Positions 1-10,900 of a stretch of 64,000 nucleotides of DNA are shown piece after piece. Location of the stretch: the NCBI GenBank assembly GCA_964658305.1, contig OZ210885.1:5952001-6016000 (forward strand), read 5' to 3'. Below the pieces are notes generated by a model, which made no database searches, was not told where the DNA came from, and saw only the letters and a list, made by a program, of their open reading frames with translations. Both the position numbers and the translations under genes were made by a program. Position 1 is the first letter of the stretch, and every line of letters begins with the position of its first letter. The DNA comes from Leptogorgia sarmentosa. Its lineage: Eukaryota.

Positions 1-63
1 GTGGCGTAGTGGAAGGGTGCTGGGCCCATAACCCAGAGGTCAGTGGATCGAAACCACTTCCTG
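1..63 (+). pseudogene. tRNA-iMet variant, 5' cut by the window edge, 3' acceptor end deleted
   Basis: GGCGTAGTGGAAGGGT D-arm substitutions; ends CCTG|AAAATGAG with the 12 nt CTAATTATGAGG missing relative to intact units. Confidence 0.8.
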
Positions 64-160
64 AAAATGAGATTCAATTCAACAAAAATTAACTTTTCTT
101 TTCCCTTTATTCTTTGTTAAAACAAGTGAAATATTTGAACTCAATTGTGTATCTCAGCCA

Positions 161-250
161 GCTCTCGTGGCCCAGTCGGTTAGTGCGTCGTACTTATAAA
201 CAGTGCAGAAGTATATGCGAAGGTCGAGGGTTCAATCCCCTCCGAGAGCA
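161..250 (+). tRNA. tRNA-Ile(TAT) with ~16-nt intron
   Basis: GCTCTCG...CGAGAGCA acceptor stem; TCGTA-CT-TAT-A[AACAGTGCAGAAGTAT]A-TGCGA anticodon arm; GGTTCAATCC B box; T-run terminator follows. Confidence 0.88.
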
Positions 251-352
251 ACATTTTTTAACTCCGAACCTTTCCTCCCAAATTCCTGTGTTTTCCCAGT
301 TTTTACTTTTAAATTAACTATTTTTGGTATGTTATACCTTAATAAGCGTTGT

Positions 353-424
353 AGCAGGGTGGCGCAGTGGAAGCGTGCTGGGCCCATAACCCAGAGGTCA
401 GTGGATCGAAACCACTTCCTGCTA
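353..424 (+). tRNA. Initiator tRNA-Met(CAT)
   Basis: 72 nt, A1-U72 pair, GGGCCCATAACCC anticodon arm with 3 G-C pairs, GATCGAAA T loop typical of eukaryotic iMet. Confidence 0.95.
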
Positions 425-529
425 ATTATGAGGAAAATGAGATCCAATTCAACAAAAATTAACTTCTCTTTTCTCTTAATTTCTGAAGAAAAAAGTGAAA
501 TATTAGGACTCAATTGAGTCTCTCAGTCA

Positions 530-619
530 GCTTTCGTGGCCCAGTCGTTTAGTGCGTCGTACTTATAAACAGTGCAGAAGTATATGCGAAGGTCGAGGGT
601 TCAATCCCCTCCGAGAGCA
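530..619 (+). tRNA. tRNA-Ile(TAT) variant (GCTTTCG; D-loop GG changed to GT)
   Basis: Same body as 161-250 with two substitutions. Confidence 0.7.
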
Positions 620-721
620 ATATTTTTTAACTCCGAACCTTTCCTCCCAAATTCCTGTGTTTTTCCAGTTTTTACTTTTAAATTAATTATTTTTGGTATG
701 TTTTACCTTAATAAGCGTTGT

Positions 722-793
722 AGCAGGGTGGCGCAGTGGAAGCGGGCTGGGCCCATAACCCAGAGGTCAGTGGATCGAAACCACTTCCTGCTA
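722..793 (+). tRNA. Initiator tRNA-Met (one D-stem substitution)
   Basis: As 353-424 but AAGCGGG. Confidence 0.85.
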
Positions 794-898
794 ATTATGA
801 GGAAAATGAGATCCAATTCAACAAAAATTAACTTCTCTTTTCTCTTAATTTCTGAAGAAAAAAGTGAAATATTAGGACTCAATTGAGTCTCTCAGTCA

Positions 899-988
899 GC
901 TCTCGTGGCCCAGTCGGTTAGTGCGTCGTACTTATAAACAGTGCAGAAGTATATGCGAAGGTCGAGGGTTCAATCCCCTCCGAGAGCA
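899..988 (+). tRNA. tRNA-Ile(TAT) with intron
   Basis: Same as 161-250. Confidence 0.88.
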
Positions 989-1143
989 ATATTTTTTAAC
1001 TCCGAACCGTTCCTCCCAAATTCCTGTGTTTTTCCAGTTTTTCTTCTGAATCTTCTGAACCTTTCCTCCCAAATTCCTTTGTTTTTCCTGGTTTTACTTC
1101 TAAATTATTTATCTTTTGTAAATTATTCTTTCATAAACGTTGT

Positions 1144-1215
1144 AGCAGGGTGGCGCAGTGGAAGCGTGCTGGGCCCATAACCCAGAGGTCAGTGGATCAA
1201 AACCACTTCCTGCTA
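1144..1215 (+). tRNA. Initiator tRNA-Met (T-loop variant GATCAAAA)
   Basis: As 353-424 with one T-loop substitution. Confidence 0.85.
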
Positions 1216-1320
1216 ATTTTGAGGAAAATGAGATCCAATTCAACCAAAATTAACTTCTCTTTGCTCTTAATTTTTGAAGAAAAAAGTGAAATATTTGGAC
1301 TCAATTGAGTCTCTCAGTCA

Positions 1321-1410
1321 GCTCTCGTGGCCCAGTCGGTTAGTGCGTCGTACTTATAAACAGTGCAGAAGTATATGCGAAGGTCGACGGTTCAATCCCC
1401 TCCTAGAGCA
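1321..1410 (+). tRNA. tRNA-Ile(TAT) variant with T-stem and acceptor-stem mismatches (possible pseudogene)
   Basis: GTCGACGG and CCTAGAGC substitutions. Confidence 0.65.
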
Positions 1411-1510
1411 TTTTTTTTAACTCCGAACCTTTCCTCCCAAATTCCTGTGTTTTTCCAGTTTTTCTTCTGAATTATTGATTTTTTGTAAATTATACTTTCA
1501 TAAACGTTGT

Positions 1511-1579
1511 AGCAGGGTGGCGTAGTGGAAGGGTGCTGGGCCCATAACCCAGAGGTCAGTGGATCGAAACCACTTCCTG
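1511..1579 (+). pseudogene. tRNA-iMet pseudogene variant (3' acceptor end deleted)
   Basis: Same D-arm changes and 12-nt deletion as the copy at 1-63. Confidence 0.8.
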
Positions 1580-1705
1580 AAAATGAGATTCAATTCAACA
1601 AAAATTAACTTCTCTTATCCAATTCAACAAAAATTAACTTCTCCTTTCCCTTTATTCTTTGTTAAAACAAGTGAAATATTTGAACTCAATTGTGTGTCTT
1701 AGCCA

Positions 1706-1795
1706 GCTCTCGTGGCCCAGTCGGTTAGTGCGTCGTACTTATAAACAGTGCAGAAGTATATGCGAAGGTCGACGGTTCAATCCCCTCCTAGAGCA
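1706..1795 (+). tRNA. tRNA-Ile(TAT) variant, same as 1321-1410
   Basis: GTCGACGG and CCTAGAGC substitutions. Confidence 0.65.
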
Positions 1796-1895
1796 TTTTT
1801 TTTAACTCCGAACCTTTCCTCCCAAATTCCTGTGTTTTTCCAGTTTTTCTTCTGAATTATTGATTTTTTGTAAATTATACTTTCATAAACGTTGT

Positions 1896-1964
1896 AGCAG
1901 GGTGGCGTAGTGGAAGGGTGCTGGGCCCATAACCCAGAGGTCAGTGGATCGAAACCACTTCCTG
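1896..1964 (+). pseudogene. tRNA-iMet pseudogene variant (3' acceptor end deleted)
   Basis: Same D-arm changes and 12-nt deletion. Confidence 0.8.
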
Positions 1965-2061
1965 AAAATGAGATTCAATTCAACAAAAATTAACTTCTCT
2001 TTTCCCTTTATTCTTTGTTAAAACAAGTGAAATATTTGAACTCAATGGTGTGTCTCAGCCA

Positions 2062-2151
2062 GCTCTCGTGGCCCAGTCGGTTAGTGCGTCGTACGTATAA
2101 ACAGTGCAGAAGTATATGCGAAGGTCGAGGGTTCAATCCCCTCCGAGAGCA
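2062..2151 (+). tRNA. tRNA-Ile(TAT) variant with U33 changed to G
   Basis: Anticodon loop reads CG-TAT instead of CT-TAT. Confidence 0.65.
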
Positions 2152-2253
2152 ATATTTTTTAACTCCGAACCTTTCCTCCCAAATTCCTGTGTTTTTCCAG
2201 TTTTTACTTTTAAATTAATTATTTTTGGTATGTTATACCTTAATAAGCGTTGT

Positions 2254-2325
2254 AGCAGGGTGGCGCAGTGGAAGCGTGCTGGGCCCATAACCCAGAGGTC
2301 AGTGGATCGAAACCACTTCCTGCTA
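2254..2325 (+). tRNA. Initiator tRNA-Met(CAT)
   Basis: Same as 353-424. Confidence 0.95.
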
Positions 2326-2431
2326 ATTATGAGGAAAATGAGATCCAATTCAACAAAAATTAACTTCTCTTTTCCCTTTATTCTTTGTTAAAACAAGTGA
2401 AATATTTGAACTCAATTGTGTGTCTTAGCCA

Positions 2432-2521
2432 GCTCTCGTGGCCCAGTCGGTTAGTGCGTCGTACTTATAAACAGTGCAGAAGTATATGCGAAGGTCGAGG
2501 GTTCAATCCCCTCCGAGAGCA
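2432..2521 (+). tRNA. tRNA-Ile(TAT) with intron
   Basis: Same as 161-250. Confidence 0.88.
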
Positions 2522-2623
2522 ATATTTTTTAACTCCGAACCTTTCCTCCCAAATTCCTGTGTTTTTCCAGTTTTTACTTTTAAATTAATTATTTTTGGTA
2601 TGTTATACCTTAATAAGCGTTGT

Positions 2624-2695
2624 AGCAGGGTGGCGCAGTGGAAGCGTGCTGGGCCCATAACCCAGAGGTCAGTGGATCGAAACCACTTCCTGCTA
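2624..2695 (+). tRNA. Initiator tRNA-Met(CAT)
   Basis: Same as 353-424. Confidence 0.95.
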
Positions 2696-2791
2696 ATCAT
2701 GAGACCCAATTCAACAAAAGTTAACATCTCTTTTCTCTTAATTTCTGGAGAAACAAGTGTAATATTTGAACTCAATTCAGTGTCTCAGTCA

Positions 2792-2881
2792 GCTCTCCTG
2801 GCCCAGTCGGTTAGTGCGTCGTTACTTATAAACAGTGCAGAAGTATATGCGAGGTCGAGGGTTCAATCCCCTCCGAGAGCA
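2792..2881 (+). pseudogene. Degenerate terminal tRNA-Ile(TAT) copy
   Basis: GCTCTCC acceptor mismatch, extra T in anticodon stem, 1-nt loss in the variable region. Confidence 0.7.
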
Positions 2882-2999
2882 ATGTTTTTAACCCCTCAAC
2901 ATTGTCTCCCGAAATCGTGCTTTTTTGAATTATTTCCTGCTAATTATGAGCAAAATGACATCCTATTCAACAAAAATTAACTTCTCTTAATTTTTGTTA

Positions 3000-3160
3000 A
3001 AGAAAATGTCTTCTGAGACGAGTTTTTAAATTATTTTTTGTAATATTTTCATGTTTGATCTCTGATTCTACTAAAACAACTACGGATTACTCACTCTCGA
3101 TTTCTACGAGATGAAAATTTCACCTCATAGAAATCTCGAGCTCGTAATCTAATTGTTAAA
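3000..3160. repeat. Interspersed repeat with hairpin end; second copy at ~23250-23405
   Basis: AAGAAAATGTCTTCTGAGACG...CTCGATTTCTACGAG...AGAAATCTCGAGCTCGTAATCTAATTGTTAA present at both sites. Confidence 0.8.
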
Positions 3161-3176
3161 TAGAGTAAGATTTTCT

Positions 3177-3451
3177 TTAATCCCAACCCAATCCCTAAAA
3201 TCCTAACCCTGACCATAGAGGTCGGCAAAATATTGGGGGAAAAAAGTTTTAACTTGAAATCGCCAACGCGAAAGAAAAGTGTCGCACCGGGGTTTGAACT
3301 CTAAAACAACAACGCGTGCGCGTTGCCTAACCTCCTGAGCTGATTTCGAGCTCGCTGAAAATTGTCGTCAAAAAACATTTTATAGAGAAAACTCCGTTAA
3401 TAATAAATTCTGACGTCATGGTACGTTAACTCTATATGATCTAACACTAAC
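3177..3451 (-). mobile_element. Partial copy of the tRNA-core MITE seen at 16571-16936 (opposite orientation)
   Basis: Reverse-complement similarity over ~270 bp, including the terminal repeat TGACGTCATGGTACGTTAACTCTATATGATC. Confidence 0.75.
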
Positions 3452-3852
3452 ATCGTAATGAGCAACAAACATTGTCATGAGCAGGATAAATGCGCAGAAC
3501 GCACTTTACTGCATGTTTAAGGTATCATCAGTAATTTTTGCAGTAATGTAAATTTGCCGAAAATTGACAAGGACTAAATTTGTGATAAGCACATGTATTA
3601 AAAAAGGAAAAAGAAATTATAGTCAGCGAACTCGTTCGCAAGATATGGTGCGCGCAATTTGCGGCATTTGCGCAATCTTCGCCGGTCAACGATTGCAGAA
3701 ACAATCACAATTCTATATTTAAGGAACAGAAAATATTTTCCATGTTTACATTGAGTTATGTAAACATGTGTGGAAGTTTGGGAGAACGAGAAATGTGCGG
3801 AAACACAAGCCCGAAAGGTGAGTGTTTCCACACATTTCGAGTTCTCCTAAAC

Positions 3853-5267
3853 CAACCTCGTACCCAGGCTCTCTCCTATGGCATCCCAAGGCGAGGAGAG
3901 ACCCTGGCTGGGGCTGGTCACGTGAATCCCCAGATTTTGGGGGAAAATGAAAATGTGACTTAGGGAGGGGTGGTAGGGGAGTGAATTGGTTTGGCTTTAT
4001 TTAATTGCAACTTGTGTTCTGAATTCGGACGATAGTATTCATATTTGCAACATGAAATTAGAAGTAAAAGAACTCTCAAAAAATCGTATTTGTTATGCAA
4101 ATACTTCCTGTGTAATATTGAGTGTCAAGTTACATTTCGCGACGCAAGTTGGATCAGATTTCAATAGACAACAGGGCCAGAGGCGCTTGGAGAGGAAAGC
4201 CGTGACATTGTATAGGCAAGCTATGAAAAACAAACTATGAAATATACATATATAGGAGCAACGGATACATTGGGATATGTAGTTGCTAGTGTCAAAGTGT
4301 CCAATAAGTGAACGGATTTACTTTATATATACTGTGTGAGTGTGTGTGATGTAGAATTAATAAATCAAAGATAACTGGAAGCAGTTCGACTATTTGTATA
4401 AAACATGACCTATCTAACACGGACCGCAAAATATATCTCTTATTCATTCCATGAAAGATATTAACGATCAAGAATTACTGTGGAGTATATATATCAAACG
4501 GTATTACCCTAGAAGTGCGGTACAATATTTTACTGCTTATCACATGACAAATACATTTCGACTTTATTATTATATATATTCTGTGCAGCCTGTGCTGAGA
4601 ATTTTAGGAGTTGGTATGATTCAGTGTCTACCTTCACTGCAACCTAGAGAATCAATGTTAAATCAACAGCCAATCAATATGTAAACTTACATGCTGTTAG
4701 CGATCATGAATGATAATAGTACATTGTAGCATTTGACATCAGCGATTCGCATGCGGTAGAACTTTGTAGAAGTTTCTATTCAATATTAAACACAGTCTAA
4801 CACTTTTCCTCGAATGACAATACATCATTATTAACATATTTTGCGTGAAATCTATGGCACTATGATGAATAATAAATGAACACAATTGATTTACATTGAA
4901 CTACATGGCAACAGTTGATTTGTAAGGCATATTGAGACGAAGCGCACGATCATATCAAATCAAATTCCTCCGTTTCTTCTTGAGTAGAATAAAATTTATT
5001 CATGTTAGATGGTTCTCTTAAGTATAAAATTTGAATGTTAACAAGCTACTTTAGCATATTTCTAAGGTATTCGTATCACGGAAGTTATTGTACACATAAA
5101 TTATAAATATACTCACTCCTCGCAATTGAAATGTAACGTTTTCAAGTGGAAAAGTGTAATTCGAGACTTTCCCCTCTCCCCCTGAGGCATTGTATCACGT
5201 GACCAGCCCCAGCCATGGTCTCTCCTCGCCTTGGGATGCCATAGGAGAGAGCCTGGGTACGAGGTTG
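3853..5267. mobile_element. Non-autonomous Academ(H)-type DNA transposon
   Basis: ~73-bp TIRs CAACCTCGTACCCAGGCTCTCTCC...; exact 9-bp TSD CTCCTAAAC (3844-3852, 5268-5276); inserted in a palindromic MITE related to 18077-18235. Confidence 0.85.
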
Positions 5268-6273
5268 CTCCTAAACTTGCACGAGTGTTTACATAACTCA
5301 ATGTAAACTTAGGAAATTGTTTTCTTTATAAAATAACACGATGACAAAAGTGGAATACCGCAATAGCGAGAAGCAGCGGGAAATAGCTGTGTTTACATAA
5401 TCTCACATCAACACGGCTGTTAGCCAATCACGCGTGCGCAGTCTTTTTCACTTACTTCCGGTTATTTTATAATAACTATTGATAAACCTTTTTTACAAGG
5501 ACGTTAATTCAAATATGTCTATCTTCTTATCATGTCTATCTTGAAACCAGTGGCATGCATTTTTGAGTGAAGACATGTTTTCCCCTCATATTCTCAGACA
5601 TCTATCCTTTTGGAAAGTATGCACGAAATATGATTTTTGCCAATATGGCATGCAAAACGTATAGAATAACAAAAATATAACGTAAAAATTGCTTTAACCG
5701 ACCATCTGAAGTTTGAGAATCTTCGAACCACCCCCCCCCCATCCCACCCCACCCCCATCCCACCCCCCTTCAGAACTGAATGTCTGCCTTCGAATTGCTG
5801 CCATGGTTACCATGTACAATCCTGGCAGCTGGCGTTTATTCGAAGTGCGATCCACATTATTGTCCCTAAGCTAAACGCAAAACGTGCGCACAGCATACTT
5901 TAATTAATTCAAATTAAGTTTACGAAATTCCTTTTGTCATGTTTTAGAATCCTTAATAGTTCAAAGTATTTTCAAAAATTTTGCCGATGGTTGTTATTTT
6001 CATAATAATACATTGGTATTAGCACAATAATAGTAGTTTACAAGACATGAAAGGAGACTTAACCCTAATCTCATAGTAGTGTTCTACGGAATAACTGAAA
6101 ATATTGACATTTATATATTATTCATTGTTTTTGTAGGCACATACTTTAAATTCGTCTGAAGGAGTTAAGGACCGTTATGTAAACTCATTATACAACTTTG
6201 TTTTATGTTTATTGTCTTCGTCGGTCTGAACAGATGTTCAGTCGTGTATTAAAAACTTCAAAAATTTTCTGCC

Positions 6274-7230
6274 ATGAAAGACATAACCATGGCAAATAAC
6301 TCGCCACATTTCTCCACAGTCTCAAGTAAGATTCTCATTTCGTCCGTTGTGTTTAAATTCTTGGCAATGATTATTGGAGTTTTGGGAAATATCACAGTTA
6401 TAATTCATACAATTTTCACGAGCAAAGAAAAGACAGCGACATCTTACTTGGTTGGAAACCTGGCACTGGCAGATCTTCTCGTGTGTTTAACATTTTATCC
6501 AATATGGATCGTTGAATTTATACAGACTTTATTAAACATCGATAGTGACCAGGATTTATTTTGTAAGTTGAGTAGTTCGAGCATAAGTGTATTTATGTTC
6601 GCTTCAGTAGCCACACTTCTGGCAATTACTGTTGATCGATGTATTTATATTGTAAAACCTCTCAAATATCCGCTGATTGTGACCAAACGACGAGTTTTTG
6701 TAGCTGTGTCCGGTATTTGGTTGATTGCCTGTTGTATTTTTGCTGTTTTCATGGTTCAATATGGAAAACATCCCGACAGATTCAGAAGTTTCTGCTATCT
6801 TGAGGATACGTTGTCTTTCTTGATGAATGCTTTAATTTCCTATTTCCCACTGACTATCATAGCAATTCTTAATGCTTGGATTTTAAAAGTGGCAGAAAAA
6901 CAACGAAATCGTATCTTGGTTGAAACAGCTGCAACGCACGCGTTCAAGGTAAATCGGATTTTTCGCGCTCATAAAGCCGTCCGAACATTTTCTGTTGTTG
7001 TTGCAGTGTTGACTTTCTGTGTTTTAATACCAACAGTGGTTGGGCAAGTGATAAAGAAGGTACCTTCATGCAGTGATTCATGCGAGCAGTTGTGGTTCGT
7101 AGTTTTTCATTGTGAATTTTATGGAATAAACTCAATTGTGAATGCTTTCATCTATGGAATGAGACATATCAAGTACAGAAGAGCTCCGAGACAAATCATT
7201 CTCAAAATATGTCGCTGTTCGACTGAATAA
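6274..7230 (+). CDS. Intronless class A (rhodopsin-family) GPCR, 318 aa
   Basis: Seven hydrophobic segments; GN (TM1), LALADL (TM2), DRC (DRY-like), W (TM4), NAFIY (NPxxY-like). Confidence 0.92.
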   Translation: MKDITMANNSPHFSTVSSKILISSVVFKFLAMIIGVLGNITVIIHTIFTSKEKTATSYLVGNLALADLLVCLTFYPIWIVEFIQTLLNIDSDQDLFCKLSSSSISVFMFASVATLLAITVDRCIYIVKPLKYPLIVTKRRVFVAVSGIWLIACCIFAVFMVQYGKHPDRFRSFCYLEDTLSFLMNALISYFPLTIIAILNAWILKVAEKQRNRILVETAATHAFKVNRIFRAHKAVRTFSVVVAVLTFCVLIPTVVGQVIKKVPSCSDSCEQLWFVVFHCEFYGINSIVNAFIYGMRHIKYRRAPRQIILKICRCSTE

Positions 7231-7901
7231 AATTCCGCTTTGAAGTCTCGTTAGGAATTACGAATCGTTCCCAACTAAACATAAAAGTTACAACGATAGG
7301 ATCGCTTTATCGGAGGAATGTACAAATTATTTCACTTTACGTCGAAAAAAATTAAATGCGCAAGGTTTAACCTAAATGCCTAAATTAACTACCTGAAATG
7401 TATGCATGCATTATTTGCCTTCGAAGGCGATTTCACGATTGTGTTTTGTACATTTGTAACAAAATGTGTAAGATAAAGATAAGTGTGACATATATTTGAG
7501 AATTTGAAGCATTCTTCGTGTTGATATGCATGCAGTTACATCAACTCTAGTGGAAATTGGGAGATGGAGAAATGGTGGGTTTCGCATGGACACATATGGC
7601 TCGAATTCCGCGAAAGAATATCAGCATGAAAAACGTTGCAGATTTTATTTATAATATATATAGAACAACGACTTTAACTAAAAGAGATAATACGAATCAA
7701 GTACTGTTTGTGGTATCACAGCACTTTTATCCTGTTTAGCTTTTACTTACACTGTACACAAAATATGAAATCCCAGAGGCACATAAATATCAAGTTCGTC
7801 AAACTAATGTGTATAATAATTACATTATTGTGAATAAAAATGTCATTGAATGCATAATTAATTTATGCGGGTTCCGGTTCTTTCGGGACACTCTTTTTAG
7901 C

Positions 7902-10900
7902 CAGCCTCGTACCCAGGCGTCTAGCGCGTAATTTCGCAAGGGATTGTGGGGAGGATTCAACAAGAGAATGAGACGCCTGGCAGAAAATGACCGATATCTG
8001 GCAAATCTTAACCGATATCTGACAAATCGCTTTTTACTAAATAATGGGGTAGTTTTGAGGTAGTTATCGCTTCTGGTTACTAAAGCAATGGATAATCTTG
8101 AGGAATCGCTGCAAGAACAACCACCTGAAGGTAATATTTCCTTAATTTAGATTTTTTCAGCGTGTAATACACGCGCCATCATGATCATATTATTTTTGAT
8201 TTTGCTTCACGCAACTCGTTCTGTTTATTACATATCTGAGCTCTTACTTTTATCTAATAATAGCATCCTCAAGTTCTGGTGAAGAAGAACTGAACGTATC
8301 CTTCGAACAACTGGGTATTAATGTAACTATTATCCCTTTTGTCCATTGCTTTTATATTGTCTCAAATTACTTATTTGAGGATGTAATGGGCAAGAGATAA
8401 AACTGGCAATTGAAGTAAATAGACTGAAATATACAGAAATGAAAATGGAGAAACTGCTCAAATTGTTATTGAAATCTGAATCTCCCTGTTATGTATGAAT
8501 TAGGCACATTCATATATACATATTTGAAGATTGTTTATGATAAAATAATTGCTCCCAACAGTTCAATTGTATACAATTACAATGATGTATATATTGTTTT
8601 GTGTCAACCTTTGAAAATAGTTTACAATACATTGACTACTGTACAAATTTTATTTTACAATCTTAGAAACAGTTTAATTTCTCTATTTCTTAATAAATGT
8701 GATTTCTTACCAAGAGTAATAAATGGTGTTATAAATTTGTCATCTACAGCACGGAGATTCTCTGTCAGAACCTCATTAATAATTAGATGTTGTACAAACT
8801 TTATGGCATCTGAATCATTTTTAAATACATTTTTCCCAATACTATAATGAGGAATCATGTGGAATCCTTTGCTTTCCACGTCACGCTTAGATTTTGAGCC
8901 TTTGAAAGTCAATGCAAGCTGTTTGACATTTATCTTTGGAGTAATTGTCATCATTTTCTCCAAACAAAGACATGCATTAATGGCTTCTGTTGTAAATTCT
9001 CTGGGTGATGTAGGGGTTGTTAGGCAATTATCACAGCCTCCACCACAGTTGACTTCTGTTTCATCATCAAAGTACTCTAGGATAAGTTTTCGACGACATG
9101 TTGAGGACATGCAGTATGAAACAACCTCATTCAGTGAATGTGTTTGATGCTCTCTGAGTTCAGCAGTTGATGATTTTGTGATTAACTGCATTAATCTGTT
9201 TCTGTCCTCAAATCTGTACATTAGGACACAATGAGCGTTTCTCCCATCGCGACCAGCCCTTCCTGCTCCTTGATAATAGTCTTCAAGAGATTCTGGTATG
9301 CTCAGGTGTAGCACAAATCTCACATCAGGTTTGTCAATTCCCATGCCAAATGCACTGGTGGCACACATGATCAATGCTTTTCCAGAAAGCCATGCTCTAG
9401 CATTTTCATTTTTTTCAAAATAATCAAGCTGACCATGGTAGTAGACAGCTGTCATGTGCTTGGATTTAAATATGTAAGCCAACTCAATGGTATCTCTTGT
9501 GCTGAAGGAGTAAACAATACCACAAGAGCCAGCAAACTTATCAGCAATAAACTGCACTGCGTCTTCCTTAAAATGTGCTCCACTTTTTGGGATAACTTGG
9601 AAAAACAGATTGCTCCTATTACAAGATGAATGGAGTATTACTGGTTCAACCAGACCCAACCCAACCACGATTCTCTTCCTTGTTTCATTTGTTGCAGTAC
9701 CAGTGAAAGCTGCAATTGGCGTGTTGTATTGTTTCAGTTTATGAAGTTGACCATATGATGGTCTGAAGCTTTGGCCCCAAGTATCAACACAATGTGCCTC
9801 ATCTATCACAATCCGTAACAGAGTGCCATTTTCTCTCATTGCTTCAAAACATGCTGCAGCTGATGGGGACAATGCAAATTCTGGAGTCAAATAAAAAAAC
9901 TTGTAATGTGTTTCCTTATTTGTTAGTTCATGGAATACTGCTGCCCTGTCCTCTGGTGTCATGCTTGAATTAACACTAGCAACATTAATGCCATAGCTTC
10001 TGAGCTTTGACACTTGATCATTTAATAGTGCCACTAATGGTGTAATAACAACGGTGATTCCAACAGCTGACAGGCCAGGAACCCAATAACAAAGAGATTT
10101 TCCTCTTCCAGTAGGAATGACAGTTAACATATCATTATTATTGATATCTATCACATCCCGTTGTATGCCTTGGAAGTTCTCATGCTGGAAAACATTTCTA
10201 AGTATGGACAGGAATATATCATCTTCAGTAGGTGGCAGGAGTGGGTTCTCTTGAAAAGGTTGGTTCGAGACTGTCACAGGACCTTCTGGTGTCACATGTA
10301 ATCGGTGATCCTTAAAAAAATTATACCATGTTTGTGTTGGAAATATAGGATGGTAAATTATGAAGCCAGATCGACAATTTGGTCCTGCTATACCAACTTC
10401 AAATCATTACCATTTCTTTAGAAATTGATGAACATAAACTGATAAAAGCATAACAACTAAACAAACCACAAGGTGGTGAACTCCTTTATAAAGTATATAT
10501 TACATTAGCCTCACCTTTTTAACAAAGAAACACTCTGTTTCAAAATACACACCATGACCATCTGGCTTATTTTGGAACCAGCAATGAAATTTTGCCACGG
10601 ACGAACCACACACAGCTTCCACATCGCAAGGTTTGTTTCCTTTACTATAGGGATTAAGCTCTCTTCCATAATATAATAGGAGGCACATTAACTGAACAGC
10701 TTCACGTTCATCCTCAACAACACAGGTGATACTACGACCACAAGAGGTCACAACAACATCTTGGTAGCGTTGTTCCTTCAATTCAAAGATAAGAAATAAT
10801 ATATTTTTATTTAGGAATTCGTATAATAATAATTTTGGTGTGGAATGTAACTGTTGTGTTGGATGGTAAAACTAAAAGCTAGCTAGTCATGCAATAAGTG

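Larger units (their letters stand above)
1..2881 (+). repeat. Tandem array of ~370-bp units, each with tRNA-iMet and tRNA-Ile(TAT); 8 copies of each visible, array runs off the left edge
   Basis: Alternating tRNA bodies at 1/161, 353/530, 722/899, 1144/1321, 1511/1706, 1896/2062, 2254/2432, 2624/2792 with near-identical spacers. Confidence 0.97.

Noticed and set aside
114..2980. Repeated 67-168 aa ORFs in the tandem array
   Set aside because: They are read-throughs of tRNA genes and spacers, mostly with non-ATG starts and no protein motifs.
8655..10295. Host RECQ1/BLM orthologue
   Set aside because: Enclosed by TIRs with a perfect TSD and nearly intronless, so treated as transposon-borne; no gene symbol assigned.
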